Part shown: positions 41,416 to 50,792 of the stretch, in pieces
Layout: every line of letters starts with the position of its first letter
Numbering within the stretch: position 1 is the first letter of the stretch
From: Halobacteriaceae archaeon
GTDB lineage: Archaea; Halobacteriota; Halobacteria; Halobacteriales; Halobacteriaceae
Direction of reading: 5' to 3'
Assembly (NCBI GenBank): GCA_042216675.1
Contig: JBDGTS010000008.1
Location: 1 to 64,000, forward strand
Length of the DNA: 64,000 bases
Translations under genes and position numbers: made by a program
Notes under the pieces: generated by a model
The model's database searches: none
What the model was told of the DNA's origin: nothing
Seen by the model: only the letters and a program-made list of their open reading frames with translations

Positions 41416-42053
41416 ACCGCGTCCGCCAGTTCTCGAAAGCGCGTCGCCGCCGTACTCGACGGCGCAGTCGCCGTCACCGGAACCCCACTCGCCTCAGCGA
41501 CGGCGTTCGACTCGGGAACCGCGACGACCGGCGCACCGAACGCCTCCGCGACCTGTTCTGTCGGCGCTTCGCCGCTGACCCGGTTGAGGACGACCCGGAC
41601 GAGGCCGGTGTCGAACTCCCGGGCGAGCGCCCGCGTCCGCAGGCCGTCGGCCAGCGCCGTCCGGTCCCGGGTCGTCACCGGCACGCAGGCGTCCGCCGCG
41701 AACAGCGGCAGACCGGCGTCGGCGCTCAGACCTGCGGGGCTGTCGACCACGACGGTGCCGTAGCGGGCCGCGACGGCGTCCAACACGTCCGTGAGCGCCG
41801 CGGGGTCGGCGGCGCGGGCGCCCGCCAGCGACCGGCCACACGGGAGCACGTCGACGGCGCCGCCCTCCCGCACGGCCTCGATGGGGTCCGCGCGGCCCGC
41901 CAACACGTCGTGGAGGTCCGGCCCGCGACTCGTCGGGAGGTCCGCCATCGTGAGGTCCGCGTCCACCACCACCGCGTCGAGGGCCGCGGCGAGGTTGAGC
42001 GCCGTCGTCGTCTTCCCGACGCCTCCCTTCCCACCCGCGACGGCGACGATCAT
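41394..42053 (-). CDS. MinD/ParA-family ATPase
   Basis: GGKGGVGKTT, DADL, VVDSPAG, VVLNR. Confidence 0.92.
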   Translation of the reverse strand: MIVAVAGGKGGVGKTTTALNLAAALDAVVVDADLTMADLPTSRGPDLHDVLAGRADPIEAVREGGAVDVLPCGRSLAGARAADPAALTDVLDAVAARYGTVVVDSPAGLSADAGLPLFAADACVPVTTRDRTALADGLRTRALAREFDTGLVRVVLNRVSGEAPTEQVAEAFGAPVVAVPESNAVAEASGVPVTATAPSSTAATRFRELADAVQFCRSV

Positions 42054-42565
42054 CGGTCCCGGAGGCGCTCGATTCGGTCGGCGACGGCGGCCAGCGCCGC
42101 GTCGGTTCTCGGGCCGGCGTCCCCGGCCGCCACGTCGTCGAGCCACGCCGCGACGGGAACCGGAACGGGGTCGCTCGGGGCCGAATCGGCCACTGTGGTG
42201 TCACTCAGGGCTGAGTCGACCGCCACGGCGTCCCGCGGGGGGCGCGGGTCGCCGAGTTCGGCCACCACGTCGGCGCCACACTGCGTCCCCCCGTCGCCGT
42301 CGACGCGCCGCACCTCCGCTGGGGGGTCGGCCGGCGGCGCTGGGGTGGCGTAGCCGAGTGCGAGCGCCCCCTCGGCAGGGACGTCGCCCTCGAAGCCGTC
42401 TTCGTCCCATCCCGGCGCCGCGTCGCCGTGTCTGCGCGGGTACCAGACGGGGCCGTCGAGGCAGTTCTCCACGCGGACGGTTCGCGGCGCGTCGGCGTCG
42501 GTGTGAATCTGTAGTTCGACCAGCGTCACGCCGTCGCGTCGTCGCGTCGTCGCGTCGAGGTGCAT
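42050..42565 (-). CDS. Conserved hypothetical protein with beta-rich N-domain, coupled to the MinD/ParA ATPase
   Basis: ATGA overlap; GVTLV..V.VEN.LDGPVW.PRR.G. Confidence 0.75.
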   Translation of the reverse strand: MHLDATTRRRDGVTLVELQIHTDADAPRTVRVENCLDGPVWYPRRHGDAAPGWDEDGFEGDVPAEGALALGYATPAPPADPPAEVRRVDGDGGTQCGADVVAELGDPRPPRDAVAVDSALSDTTVADSAPSDPVPVPVAAWLDDVAAGDAGPRTDAALAAVADRIERLRDR

Positions 42566-42630
42566 GGCCTCGGCTGGCCGCCCGTTCGGACTTAAACCTC
42601 GACACCGGCGGCCGGGTGCGTGCCCGCCCG

Positions 42631-43455
42631 TCAGACCAGCACCACCGGCGCGTCGAGGCAGTCCCGAGCGGCCGCGGCCGACCCGAACCGGTCGCAGGCG
42701 AGTACGACTGGCGCCCGAACGTCGGCCAGCCGAGCGGCCGCGAGCGCCGCGGTCACCGAATCGCCCTCGTACGCCGCCGGCGTCGGCCCGGGGTCGGCGT
42801 CGCCCGGGACGGCCGCGACGGCGTCTCGGAACGCGCCGTAGTGGTCCCGCGCGAGTCGCTCGCGCGCCTCCCGGCGTTTGTTGTCGGCCCTGTCTGCGAG
42901 TGCGAGGCGCCGCTCCCGGGCGTCCCGCGCGTCGCGGGCGACCCGCCGCGCCCGTTCGAGAGCCTGTTCGGCGGCGATGCGTTCGGTTTCCGCCTCCGAG
43001 AGGCGCCGCGTCGCGTCCGCGAGGGCGGCCTCCGCGTCGGCCGCGTCGGCGTCCAGTTCGCGTCTGGCCTCGATTTCCCCCCGGAGGCGCGCCACCTCCT
43101 CGCGCAAGTCGGCCACGTCCGCGCCGGCCGTCGCGGCCCGGCGCCGCGCCGCGGCCACGTCCGCTTCGGGCACGTCGATTCGCTCGCGGTCGGCGTCGAG
43201 TTCGGCCGCGTCCTCGTCCTCGGGCGCGGTGGCGCCACGGGACCGGGCCGCGGCGGCGACGGCCGCACGCACCGGCGTCGCCATCTCCGGCCGGACGTGG
43301 CCCACGTACTCGTGGACCGGGCCGGGGTCGGGACAGCGCACGCGCCCGTCGTCGGGGTCACGAACCGCCGCGGCGACGGCCGCGCCCGACACCTCGGCGC
43401 CGCGCGCGTCGACGGCCCGACCCGACGCGTCGAGGCCGTCGAACCGGAGTTTCAT
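42631..43455 (-). CDS. Coiled-coil hypothetical protein
   Basis: Central ~110-aa heptad-like region between globular ends. Confidence 0.75.
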   Translation of the reverse strand: MKLRFDGLDASGRAVDARGAEVSGAAVAAAVRDPDDGRVRCPDPGPVHEYVGHVRPEMATPVRAAVAAAARSRGATAPEDEDAAELDADRERIDVPEADVAAARRRAATAGADVADLREEVARLRGEIEARRELDADAADAEAALADATRRLSEAETERIAAEQALERARRVARDARDARERRLALADRADNKRREARERLARDHYGAFRDAVAAVPGDADPGPTPAAYEGDSVTAALAAARLADVRAPVVLACDRFGSAAAARDCLDAPVVLV

Positions 43456-43796
43456 AGATCGGTGTTCCGCATCGCCGCGGGGTCGGGGTGGTCAGTGTTC
43501 GCCGCGAAGGCCGGATAGGGGGTGCTGGGCGCGTCCCGGTCGGCGTACGCCACCGCCGCTTTCCGCACTGACTCGGGCACGTCGGCGTACTCGTTGAGCG
43601 GTTCCGTGCGCTCTATCTGCACGTCGCCGCCGTGGTCGGCGCGCAGGCGCAGGGCGAGGAAGGCGCCAAACTCAGTTTCCCTGAGAAGCGCCGCGCGGCC
43701 GAACCGGCGCACCACGCTCCCCTCGTGGGCGTTGCAGACGTTCCGGAGTGCCTGTCTGGCCGCCTTCGAGTAGCACGCGACGAGCAGCACGCGCAC
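43452..43796 (-). CDS. Conserved hypothetical protein
   Basis: LLVACYS.AAR..LRNVC..RRFGRAAL; 4-bp overlap with the next gene. Confidence 0.72.
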   Translation of the reverse strand: MRVLLVACYSKAARQALRNVCNAHEGSVVRRFGRAALLRETEFGAFLALRLRADHGGDVQIERTEPLNEYADVPESVRKAAVAYADRDAPSTPYPAFAANTDHPDPAAMRNTDL

Positions 43797-43836
43797 CCCT
43801 CGGATTTCCGACCACTAAAAACCACGCGACGGCGCG

Positions 43837-44115
43837 TCAGTCGATGCGCTCTATCTCGAACTCGGAGCCGTCTTCGGTGAGTGCGTTTGCGCGCTCGCGG
43901 GCCTCGCTGGCGCTCTCCGCGACCACCACGAGGTCGTCGGCCGGGTCCGGGCGCCCGGCGCGATAGGCACTCCGGCCGTCCTCGGCGTCGAACTCGGTGA
44001 CGTAGGTGCGGAGGACGCCCACGACGCGTCGCTCGGCCGTGGCGAGGTCAACCTCGCCGGTTTCGAGGTCCGAGAGCGCTTCCTCGACGTTCCGGAGCGC
44101 GGCGATTCGGTCCAT
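43837..44115 (-). CDS. Conserved hypothetical protein
   Basis: MDRIAALRNVEEAL..E.GEVDLAT.E. Confidence 0.72.
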   Translation of the reverse strand: MDRIAALRNVEEALSDLETGEVDLATAERRVVGVLRTYVTEFDAEDGRSAYRAGRPDPADDLVVVAESASEARERANALTEDGSEFEIERID

Positions 44116-44198
44116 CAGCGGAGCAACGCCGGAGCGCGAAAAGAAGATGACGGTCAGGGTCCGGTAGCGTGAAGCCGCCCCCTCCCCTTCCGCGAGAC

Positions 44199-45560
44199 GT
44201 GCAGACTGCCCGCGTCCGCGCGGTGTGGCGGCGCGTCCTCGGCCTCTCGTGGCCAATCATGGCCGAGCAGACGCTCCGGACGCTGATGCGCACGACGGAC
44301 GTCATCGTGACGGCGACGTTCTCGCCCGCGGCCGTCGCGGCCATCGGCCTCGCTGACTTGTACGCCCGCCTCCCCCTCCGCATCGGGTTGGGTCTCGGCG
44401 GCGGCGCCATCGCCCTCTCCAGTCAGGACACCGGGCGCGGCGCGGCGGCCGACCGCGACGAGGCCATCACGCAGGCTCTTTTCGTGGGCGTCCTCGCCGG
44501 CCTCCCGTTCGTCGCCTTCGGTCTGTTCCTCGGCGAGGCGGCCATCGCCGTCCTCGGCGCGCCGCCCGCCGTCGCGCGGATGGGCGGCACCTACCTCGCC
44601 ATCATCCTCCTGACAGCGCCGGCGCGCCACGTCGCTCTCATCGGCGCCCGCTCGCTGCAGGGCACCGGCGACACCCGCACGCCGATGTACGTCAACGTCG
44701 TCTCGAACGCCCTCAACATCGCCGGCTCCGTCGTCCTCGGGCTGGGCCTGCTCGGCGCGCCTCGCCTCGGCATCGTCGGGGTCGGCCTCGCCACCGCCGT
44801 CGGCAACGTCGTCACGGCGTCGGCGCTCCTCGTCGCTCTCGCGGGCCGGTGGACCGAGGCCGCCCTCGTCCGCCCGACGAACCCGGTCATCGCCCGGCAA
44901 CTCCTGTCCGTGAGCGCGCCGCGCGTCGGCGAGGGCCTCGTCGCCACCGTCGCGGCGTTCCCGTTCAACAGCCTCCTCCTCTCCTTCGGGACGCCGGTCA
45001 ACGCCGGCTACCAGATCGGGCGGCGGATGTATCAGCAGGTGACCGGACCGCTCTCGCGTGGCTACAACGTCGCGGCGAGCGTCGTCGTCGGGCAGGCTCT
45101 CGGAGACGAGGCCCCGGACCGCGCCCGTTTCGAGGGGTGGGCGACGGCGGCGCTGGGCCTCCTCACCGTCGGTACCGTCGGCCTCGCCCTGTTCGTCTGG
45201 GCCGACGCCTTCGTCCACCTGTTCACGGATGACTCCCAAATCGTCGGCCCGGCCGTCGGCTTCGCGCGGGCCTACGGCGTCTCCGCGCCGTTCCTCGTCC
45301 TCTTCGTCGTCCTCTCGGGCGCGCTTCAGGGGGGAAGCGACACCCGCACCCCGTTCGTCGCGCGGACGACGGGGCTCTTTGGCTTCATGCTGGGCTTCTC
45401 CGCGCTGACGGGCCTCGCCCTCGGGTGGGGCGCCCACGGCGCCTACGCCGGCATCGTCCTGTTCCACGTCTGGGCGGCGCTGGTCGTGGGCTACGGCTTC
45501 CGGCGCGGGGACTGGGTCGAGAAGGCGACGGCGATGATGGACGAGCGTGCGGCGGCCTAG
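44199..45560 (+). CDS. MATE-family efflux transporter
   Basis: LSWPIM, AVAAIG, LQGTGDTRTPM, LQGGSDTRTP; start uncertain. Confidence 0.9.
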   Translation: MQTARVRAVWRRVLGLSWPIMAEQTLRTLMRTTDVIVTATFSPAAVAAIGLADLYARLPLRIGLGLGGGAIALSSQDTGRGAAADRDEAITQALFVGVLAGLPFVAFGLFLGEAAIAVLGAPPAVARMGGTYLAIILLTAPARHVALIGARSLQGTGDTRTPMYVNVVSNALNIAGSVVLGLGLLGAPRLGIVGVGLATAVGNVVTASALLVALAGRWTEAALVRPTNPVIARQLLSVSAPRVGEGLVATVAAFPFNSLLLSFGTPVNAGYQIGRRMYQQVTGPLSRGYNVAASVVVGQALGDEAPDRARFEGWATAALGLLTVGTVGLALFVWADAFVHLFTDDSQIVGPAVGFARAYGVSAPFLVLFVVLSGALQGGSDTRTPFVARTTGLFGFMLGFSALTGLALGWGAHGAYAGIVLFHVWAALVVGYGFRRGDWVEKATAMMDERAAA

Positions 45561-48500
45561 AGCGTGCGGAAGTGGTCCGGCGAGGGCTGGTAGATTTCGC
45601 CCTTCTGCTTGAGGTTCTCGATTTCGTTCTCGGCCTTCGAGCGCTCCATCCCGTCGGCCTCGGCGGCGTCAAGCACTTTTTCGAGGGGCGCGCCCTCGTC
45701 GTACTCGTCCTGCAGGTCGTCGATGACGTCCTTGATGCCCCGGATGCGGTCACGCTGGCTCTTGGAGGTGCCCGTCTCGATGACGTCGGCGTCGAACTCG
45801 CCCGTCTCGGGGTCCATCCCGACGTCCTCCATCGTCTTGCGCACGATCTCGATGACGCGGTCGGCGTCGGCCTCGGTCACCTCGTCGGCGAGGCGCACCC
45901 GCGCGGAGGCCTCCGCGAGGCGGACCAGCGCTTCGAGTTTTCGGGCGGTCACCGGCACGGGGGCGTCCTCGCCGGTGCCCTGCGCCCGCAGGTCGACGTA
46001 GAACTCGCGGATGCGCGCCATCGCCGCCTCCGTCATCGTCGGGAAGATGTTGCGCCGCGAGTAGGCGACGTACTTCCGCAGGAGTTCGGGTTCGATGGCG
46101 GGCGCCACGTCGTCGGTGACGCTCTCGACTTCCGCCTCGGAGACGTTCGACTGGGTCATCTCCGTGCGGTGGGTGTTGAGTTCGCCCGCGTAGTTCGTCT
46201 TCAGGATGTGGTCGGCGAGTTCGGCGTCTCGCTCCTCGTCCGGTTGGTCCGTGACGGTGAAGATGAGGTCGAACCGGGAGATGAGCGCGGGTTCGAGGTC
46301 GATCTGCTCGCCGATGCCCTCGTACTGGTCGAAGCGGCCGTGTTTGGGGTTCGCCGCCCCCAGTAACGAGCATCGGGCCTTCAGCGTGGCGTTGATGCCC
46401 GCCTTCGAGATGGAGACGGTCTGCTGTTCGAGGGCCTCGTGGAGCGCCGAGCGGTCGCCGGCCTCCATCTTGTCGAGTTCGTCCACCGCCGCCACGCCCT
46501 TGTCCGCGAGGACGACGGCGCCGGCTTCCAGCGTCCACTGCTGGCCGTCGCCGAAGTCGTCGCGGACGGCGGCGGCGGTGAGACCGGCCGAACTGGAGCC
46601 TTTACCGGAGGTGTACACCGACCGGGGGCTGATGTGGCGGATGTACTGGAGCAGTTGGGAGTTGTGCGAGACGATTCCATTCGAGACGTAGCTGTGCGTC
46701 CCCCCGACTTCGAGGTCGTACACCCACTCGTCGTCCGGTTCGACCGTCTCGATGGACTCGATTCGGTCCCAGCGCACGTCGCTCTCGGCGAGCGACCGGA
46801 GCGCTCGCACGTCATCGGCGGCCGCGAGTGCCTCGTCGATGGTGTTGAGGACCGCGTCGCGAGCGTCCGTGGTGTGTCCGCCGTCGGGCGCCACGTCCTC
46901 GCGCTCGTAGTAGCTAATCGCCGTCTGGGTCACGTCCATCCCGTCGGCGAGCGTCTGTTGGGAGAGTCTGAGTTCCCGTCGCACCGCCGTGATGTCGTCC
47001 CAGTCTCCCGCAGCTATTTTCGCTCGCATCGTCCGGAGGTGTTCGAGGCGGTCCTCGAAGGCCGAAACGACGGCGTCGAGACTCTCTCGGCTCGGATTCC
47101 GGTCTCCTCGTTCGTAGTGCTGGTACGTCGTCCGGGGAACGCCACACTCCCGCTGAGACAGCGCCAGTGCCTCCCGAACTCGGCGGAGGTCATCGCCCAC
47201 GTCGGGCACTACATCCCGGTTCGTGTTCCGGTCGGCGTCCCCGAACGCCTCGGCGGCGGACGACTTCCGCTCCGTGACGAAGCCGACCGATTCGACGTAT
47301 CGAACGAAATCCTCGCCGCTGATGCGCAGTCGATAGCTCCCGTTGTGGCGAGATTCGAGGCTCGAACCGACGCCGAGGCTCAACAGCAGCGACCGCACTC
47401 CGCCGAGTAGCGTCTCGCTCATCGACGCCACCGTTATTTCACGCTCTGCCGACGAGACGTGCCCTTCGCCCTCGACGTACGCTTCGAGGAACGCCGCCTT
47501 GATTTCGGGGCTCGCGCGGAACAGCGATTCGGGAACGCGTTGCGCCGCGGAGCCGTCGAGAACTGCTGGCTCGATGCCGTGGAGGAAGCGCACGAGTTCG
47601 CTCGACGTGCAGATAATCTCGGCTGCGGCCGTTCCGCTTCGGCTGTTCCGTTCCGTCCAGTTGACGCCGAGACGGTCGAGCGCCTCCGTCACGTCGTCGA
47701 GTACCGCACGGTCGTTGTTCGTGACGCGAAGGTCTGCGGTGTTGTCGTCGTTCAGCGTCGCGTACCCCTCCGCAACGACGTATCCGACGAACCGGGCTAA
47801 CCACGGCGTCCACTCGCTCGGCGGGTCGAGTCGGACCGCGTTGGGCGACTTCGAGCGTCGGAACTCGATGGCTAGTTCGTCGTCCCCGGCTTCGGGGAGG
47901 TGTCGCGGCGTGGCGACGAAGTCGCCTTCGTCGAGGTCCGACGCCTCTATTGGCCTGAAATCCCCGCCTGACTGTACGAACAGAGGGTGTGACGGCGTCA
48001 CCGTCAGTACCCGACCGCTGGCGGTTGCGATGCGGTACATCTCCTCCGGCGCCTCGCGCTTCCACACTTTCGTCGCGCGTCGCGGTTCGATCCGTCCGTC
48101 GGGTGTGAGCGAGGGGACCTCGGCGTCAACCGTATCGTACACGCCGTCGTCAATCGGTTTCGGGTCGTCGAGGTTCGCCTCCACGAACTCCCGAATCCCG
48201 ACTTCCGAGCCGTCAGCGAGCGTGATGGGGGTGTCCCCGTCGAGACACTTCCCCGTACCCGGGTCCCCGATGAGGAGCATGTGGAGGTCCCCCCGCGTCC
48301 GGGAGCCGTCGGGGAGGTGCTTGGTGACGCCGGAGAACAACTGGAGCGCCATCGCCAACTTCGCCTGCCGGTGGCCGTAGATGGCGGGCGCGATGGAGTC
48401 CACCATCATCTCGTAGATGTCGTCGCTGTCGGACAGTTCGGCGATGTCGGCCTTGTCCTCGTCGTCGATGTCCATGTCCTCGTACTCCTCGTCCTCCACG

Positions 48501-49237
48501 GACACCGAGCGGCCGTCCATGTAGATGTCGAAGACGGGGCTGTCGTCCTGTCCGCCGCCCTGTTGGTCGAGTCGGAGGACGCCCGTGACGGTGACGTGGT
48601 CGCCGGGCGAGACGACGCCCGTCAGGTCGTCCTCGACGTTCACGTCGATAGACTGGGGCGTCTCGCCCCCGCGTAGGCCCTCGGGGCTCTCCTGAATTCG
48701 GAGTTTTTGGGAGTCCACGAACTCCGACTGGTCGACGTTGAGTTGGAACGGCCCCTGTCGCTCACAGCCCTCGCACTCGTGGGGTTCCTGATACGTGCCA
48801 CTGGACTGGGGGACGTAGGTGAGCGTGCCACAGCGCTGGCACTCGAAGGCCGCCTCCTGCACCTTCGGGCGCACGTCGGTGGCCTTGCGAATCATCCCCT
48901 TCACGGCCACCATCGTCGAGACGTGCTCTGAACGGAGGTCCCGAATCTCGGTGGCCTCGACGCCGGAGAGGCGGACGTGAGCCTGTCCGAGACTCACGTC
49001 GACGGGCAAATCGTAGAGGCGCAGGGCCTCCTCGGCGTACTCCTGCAGTTGGTCCGGTTGCGCGACGAAGTCCTCCGCGAGGTCCGGGTCGAACTGGTAC
49101 AGGTCCGCCCACTCGACCCCGAGGGACTTCTGCTCGCGCGGGTAGCGGCGCGCCAACTCACCGATGTCGTCGCTGTAGTAGCGTCGGTAGAACTGCTCGA
49201 ACCGTTCGACGAGTTCCTGATTCTCGGCGCGCGCCAT
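45557..49237 (-). CDS. mcm: MCM replicative helicase containing one intein
   Basis: CQRC..CEGC Zn finger, IQESPE, GDPGTGK|S, GLTAA, DELDKM, AANP, SRFD. Confidence 0.97.
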   Translation of the reverse strand: MARAENQELVERFEQFYRRYYSDDIGELARRYPREQKSLGVEWADLYQFDPDLAEDFVAQPDQLQEYAEEALRLYDLPVDVSLGQAHVRLSGVEATEIRDLRSEHVSTMVAVKGMIRKATDVRPKVQEAAFECQRCGTLTYVPQSSGTYQEPHECEGCERQGPFQLNVDQSEFVDSQKLRIQESPEGLRGGETPQSIDVNVEDDLTGVVSPGDHVTVTGVLRLDQQGGGQDDSPVFDIYMDGRSVSVEDEEYEDMDIDDEDKADIAELSDSDDIYEMMVDSIAPAIYGHRQAKLAMALQLFSGVTKHLPDGSRTRGDLHMLLIGDPGTGKCLDGDTPITLADGSEVGIREFVEANLDDPKPIDDGVYDTVDAEVPSLTPDGRIEPRRATKVWKREAPEEMYRIATASGRVLTVTPSHPLFVQSGGDFRPIEASDLDEGDFVATPRHLPEAGDDELAIEFRRSKSPNAVRLDPPSEWTPWLARFVGYVVAEGYATLNDDNTADLRVTNNDRAVLDDVTEALDRLGVNWTERNSRSGTAAAEIICTSSELVRFLHGIEPAVLDGSAAQRVPESLFRASPEIKAAFLEAYVEGEGHVSSAEREITVASMSETLLGGVRSLLLSLGVGSSLESRHNGSYRLRISGEDFVRYVESVGFVTERKSSAAEAFGDADRNTNRDVVPDVGDDLRRVREALALSQRECGVPRTTYQHYERGDRNPSRESLDAVVSAFEDRLEHLRTMRAKIAAGDWDDITAVRRELRLSQQTLADGMDVTQTAISYYEREDVAPDGGHTTDARDAVLNTIDEALAAADDVRALRSLAESDVRWDRIESIETVEPDDEWVYDLEVGGTHSYVSNGIVSHNSQLLQYIRHISPRSVYTSGKGSSSAGLTAAAVRDDFGDGQQWTLEAGAVVLADKGVAAVDELDKMEAGDRSALHEALEQQTVSISKAGINATLKARCSLLGAANPKHGRFDQYEGIGEQIDLEPALISRFDLIFTVTDQPDEERDAELADHILKTNYAGELNTHRTEMTQSNVSEAEVESVTDDVAPAIEPELLRKYVAYSRRNIFPTMTEAAMARIREFYVDLRAQGTGEDAPVPVTARKLEALVRLAEASARVRLADEVTEADADRVIEIVRKTMEDVGMDPETGEFDADVIETGTSKSQRDRIRGIKDVIDDLQDEYDEGAPLEKVLDAAEADGMERSKAENEIENLKQKGEIYQPSPDHFRTL
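46661..48247 (-). mobile_element. 529-aa intein in the MCM Walker A, with LAGLIDADG endonuclease and two HTH-XRE-like domains
   Basis: Starts CLDGDT after GTGK, TPSHP block B, VGYVVAEG and LEAYVEGEG motifs, ends VYDLEV..SHN|S. Confidence 0.95.
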
Positions 49238-49276
49238 GCCGGCGTAGGTAGCGCCCCCTCCCCTATGAACCTAGCG

Positions 49277-50710
49277 TCAACGGTCGTCGAGGGCCGCGCC
49301 CACGTCAGTCGGGTACGTGTCGGGCAGATAGCGCCCCATGTCGAGTTCGCGGTACGGGAACTCGCGCAAGGCGTCGTTCTCGACGTGCGGGGAGTCGTGG
49401 CGCTGGAGGTGGTCGACGGCGGCCTCGCGCAGTCGCTCGACGACGGCCGGCCGTTCGGGGGCCTGATTGTCCGTCTCGCGTGGGTCCGCGGCCACGTCGA
49501 ACAGCTGCTCGCGACCGCCGTTGGCCATCCAGACGTACTTCCAGTCGCCCTCGCGCACCATCATCGTGAAGTTCGGGCCGATGCTGAAGTGACTCGTCTT
49601 CCGTGGCGTCTGGTGGACCGCGAACAGTCGGTCGTGGCTCTCGCCGCCCAGAACGTCCACGCCGTCGCGCAGGTCTTGGTCCCCCGCCGCCGTCGTGCAG
49701 ATGCCGAGGACGTCCGCCAGCGACACCAAGTCGTCCCGGCGCTCCCCGGCGGGGAGTTCCGCGGGCCAACTCACGAGGAACGGCACCCGCGACGACTGCT
49801 CGAACATCGACGTCTTGCCCCACCCGTGGTGGTCGCCGAGCATCTCGCCGTGGTCCGACGTGAAGACGATGAGGGTGTTCTCGCCGTCCTCGCGGGCCTC
49901 CACGGCGTCGAGGACGCGCCCGATTTCCCGGTCCAGTTGCGTGACGAGGCCGTAGTAGTACGCCCGGGCGACCCGGGCCGTGTGCGCGCCGGTGTCGTCG
50001 GTCCGGGCTTTCCACCAGTGGTAGTTCTGGGCCGGTATCTTCTCGTCCATCAGGTCCAGTTCCTGATTGTCACGGATGGGGTCGGGCACCGCGTCGGGGT
50101 CGTACAGTTCGTCGAACGGCGGCGAGGGGTTGAAGCGAGGATGGGGATTCGAGAAGGAGACGAAGCCGAAAAACGGCCCGTCGCGCTCCTCGATTTCGGC
50201 CGTCGCCCGGTCGGCAATCCACGCCGACTTGCGGTCTTCGGGGTCGAGCGGGCAGGACTGTGGGAGCATGTTCATCGCGCCCACCTTCCCGCCGTCCCAC
50301 GACGTGTCGGCGTCGACTTCGGCGGCGTAGTCGCCGCCGTCGAGTTGCAGGTCGTAGCCGAGGTCGATGTCGCCGGGGTGGGCGTGGTACTTCCCCACGC
50401 CGAACGTCTCGTAACCGCGTTCTCGCATCGCGCGGGCGAGGAACGGCCCGCACTCGTCTTCGAGGTGGTGGGCGTCCCGCTTGTCGTTGCCGAGGTAGCC
50501 CGTCCGGCAGGGGTCCGAGCCGGTGCGCACGACGTGTCGCGCGGGGACGCAGATGGGCGCTGGCGAGTAGGCGTTCGTGTAGGAGACGCCGCGGTCCACC
50601 AGCCGGTCGAGGTTCGGCGTGTGGACGTGGTCGTGGCCGAGCGCGTTGATGGTGTCGAAGCGCTGCTGGTCCGTCATCACGAGCAGGACGTTCGGCTGGT
50701 CCGCTGGCAT
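49277..50710 (-). CDS. Cys-type sulfatase, no obvious signal peptide
   Basis: PNVLLVMTDQQR, CVPAR, GKYH, PHP, TSDHG. Confidence 0.92.
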   Translation of the reverse strand: MPADQPNVLLVMTDQQRFDTINALGHDHVHTPNLDRLVDRGVSYTNAYSPAPICVPARHVVRTGSDPCRTGYLGNDKRDAHHLEDECGPFLARAMRERGYETFGVGKYHAHPGDIDLGYDLQLDGGDYAAEVDADTSWDGGKVGAMNMLPQSCPLDPEDRKSAWIADRATAEIEERDGPFFGFVSFSNPHPRFNPSPPFDELYDPDAVPDPIRDNQELDLMDEKIPAQNYHWWKARTDDTGAHTARVARAYYYGLVTQLDREIGRVLDAVEAREDGENTLIVFTSDHGEMLGDHHGWGKTSMFEQSSRVPFLVSWPAELPAGERRDDLVSLADVLGICTTAAGDQDLRDGVDVLGGESHDRLFAVHQTPRKTSHFSIGPNFTMMVREGDWKYVWMANGGREQLFDVAADPRETDNQAPERPAVVERLREAAVDHLQRHDSPHVENDALREFPYRELDMGRYLPDTYPTDVGAALDDR

Positions 50711-50792
50711 TACCCATCAGTCAGCGGCGGGCTACCTCAACGTTGCGCCGTCGTCCAGTAGAGTTATCTTTCCGTTCGCTCTCACCCCGTCC

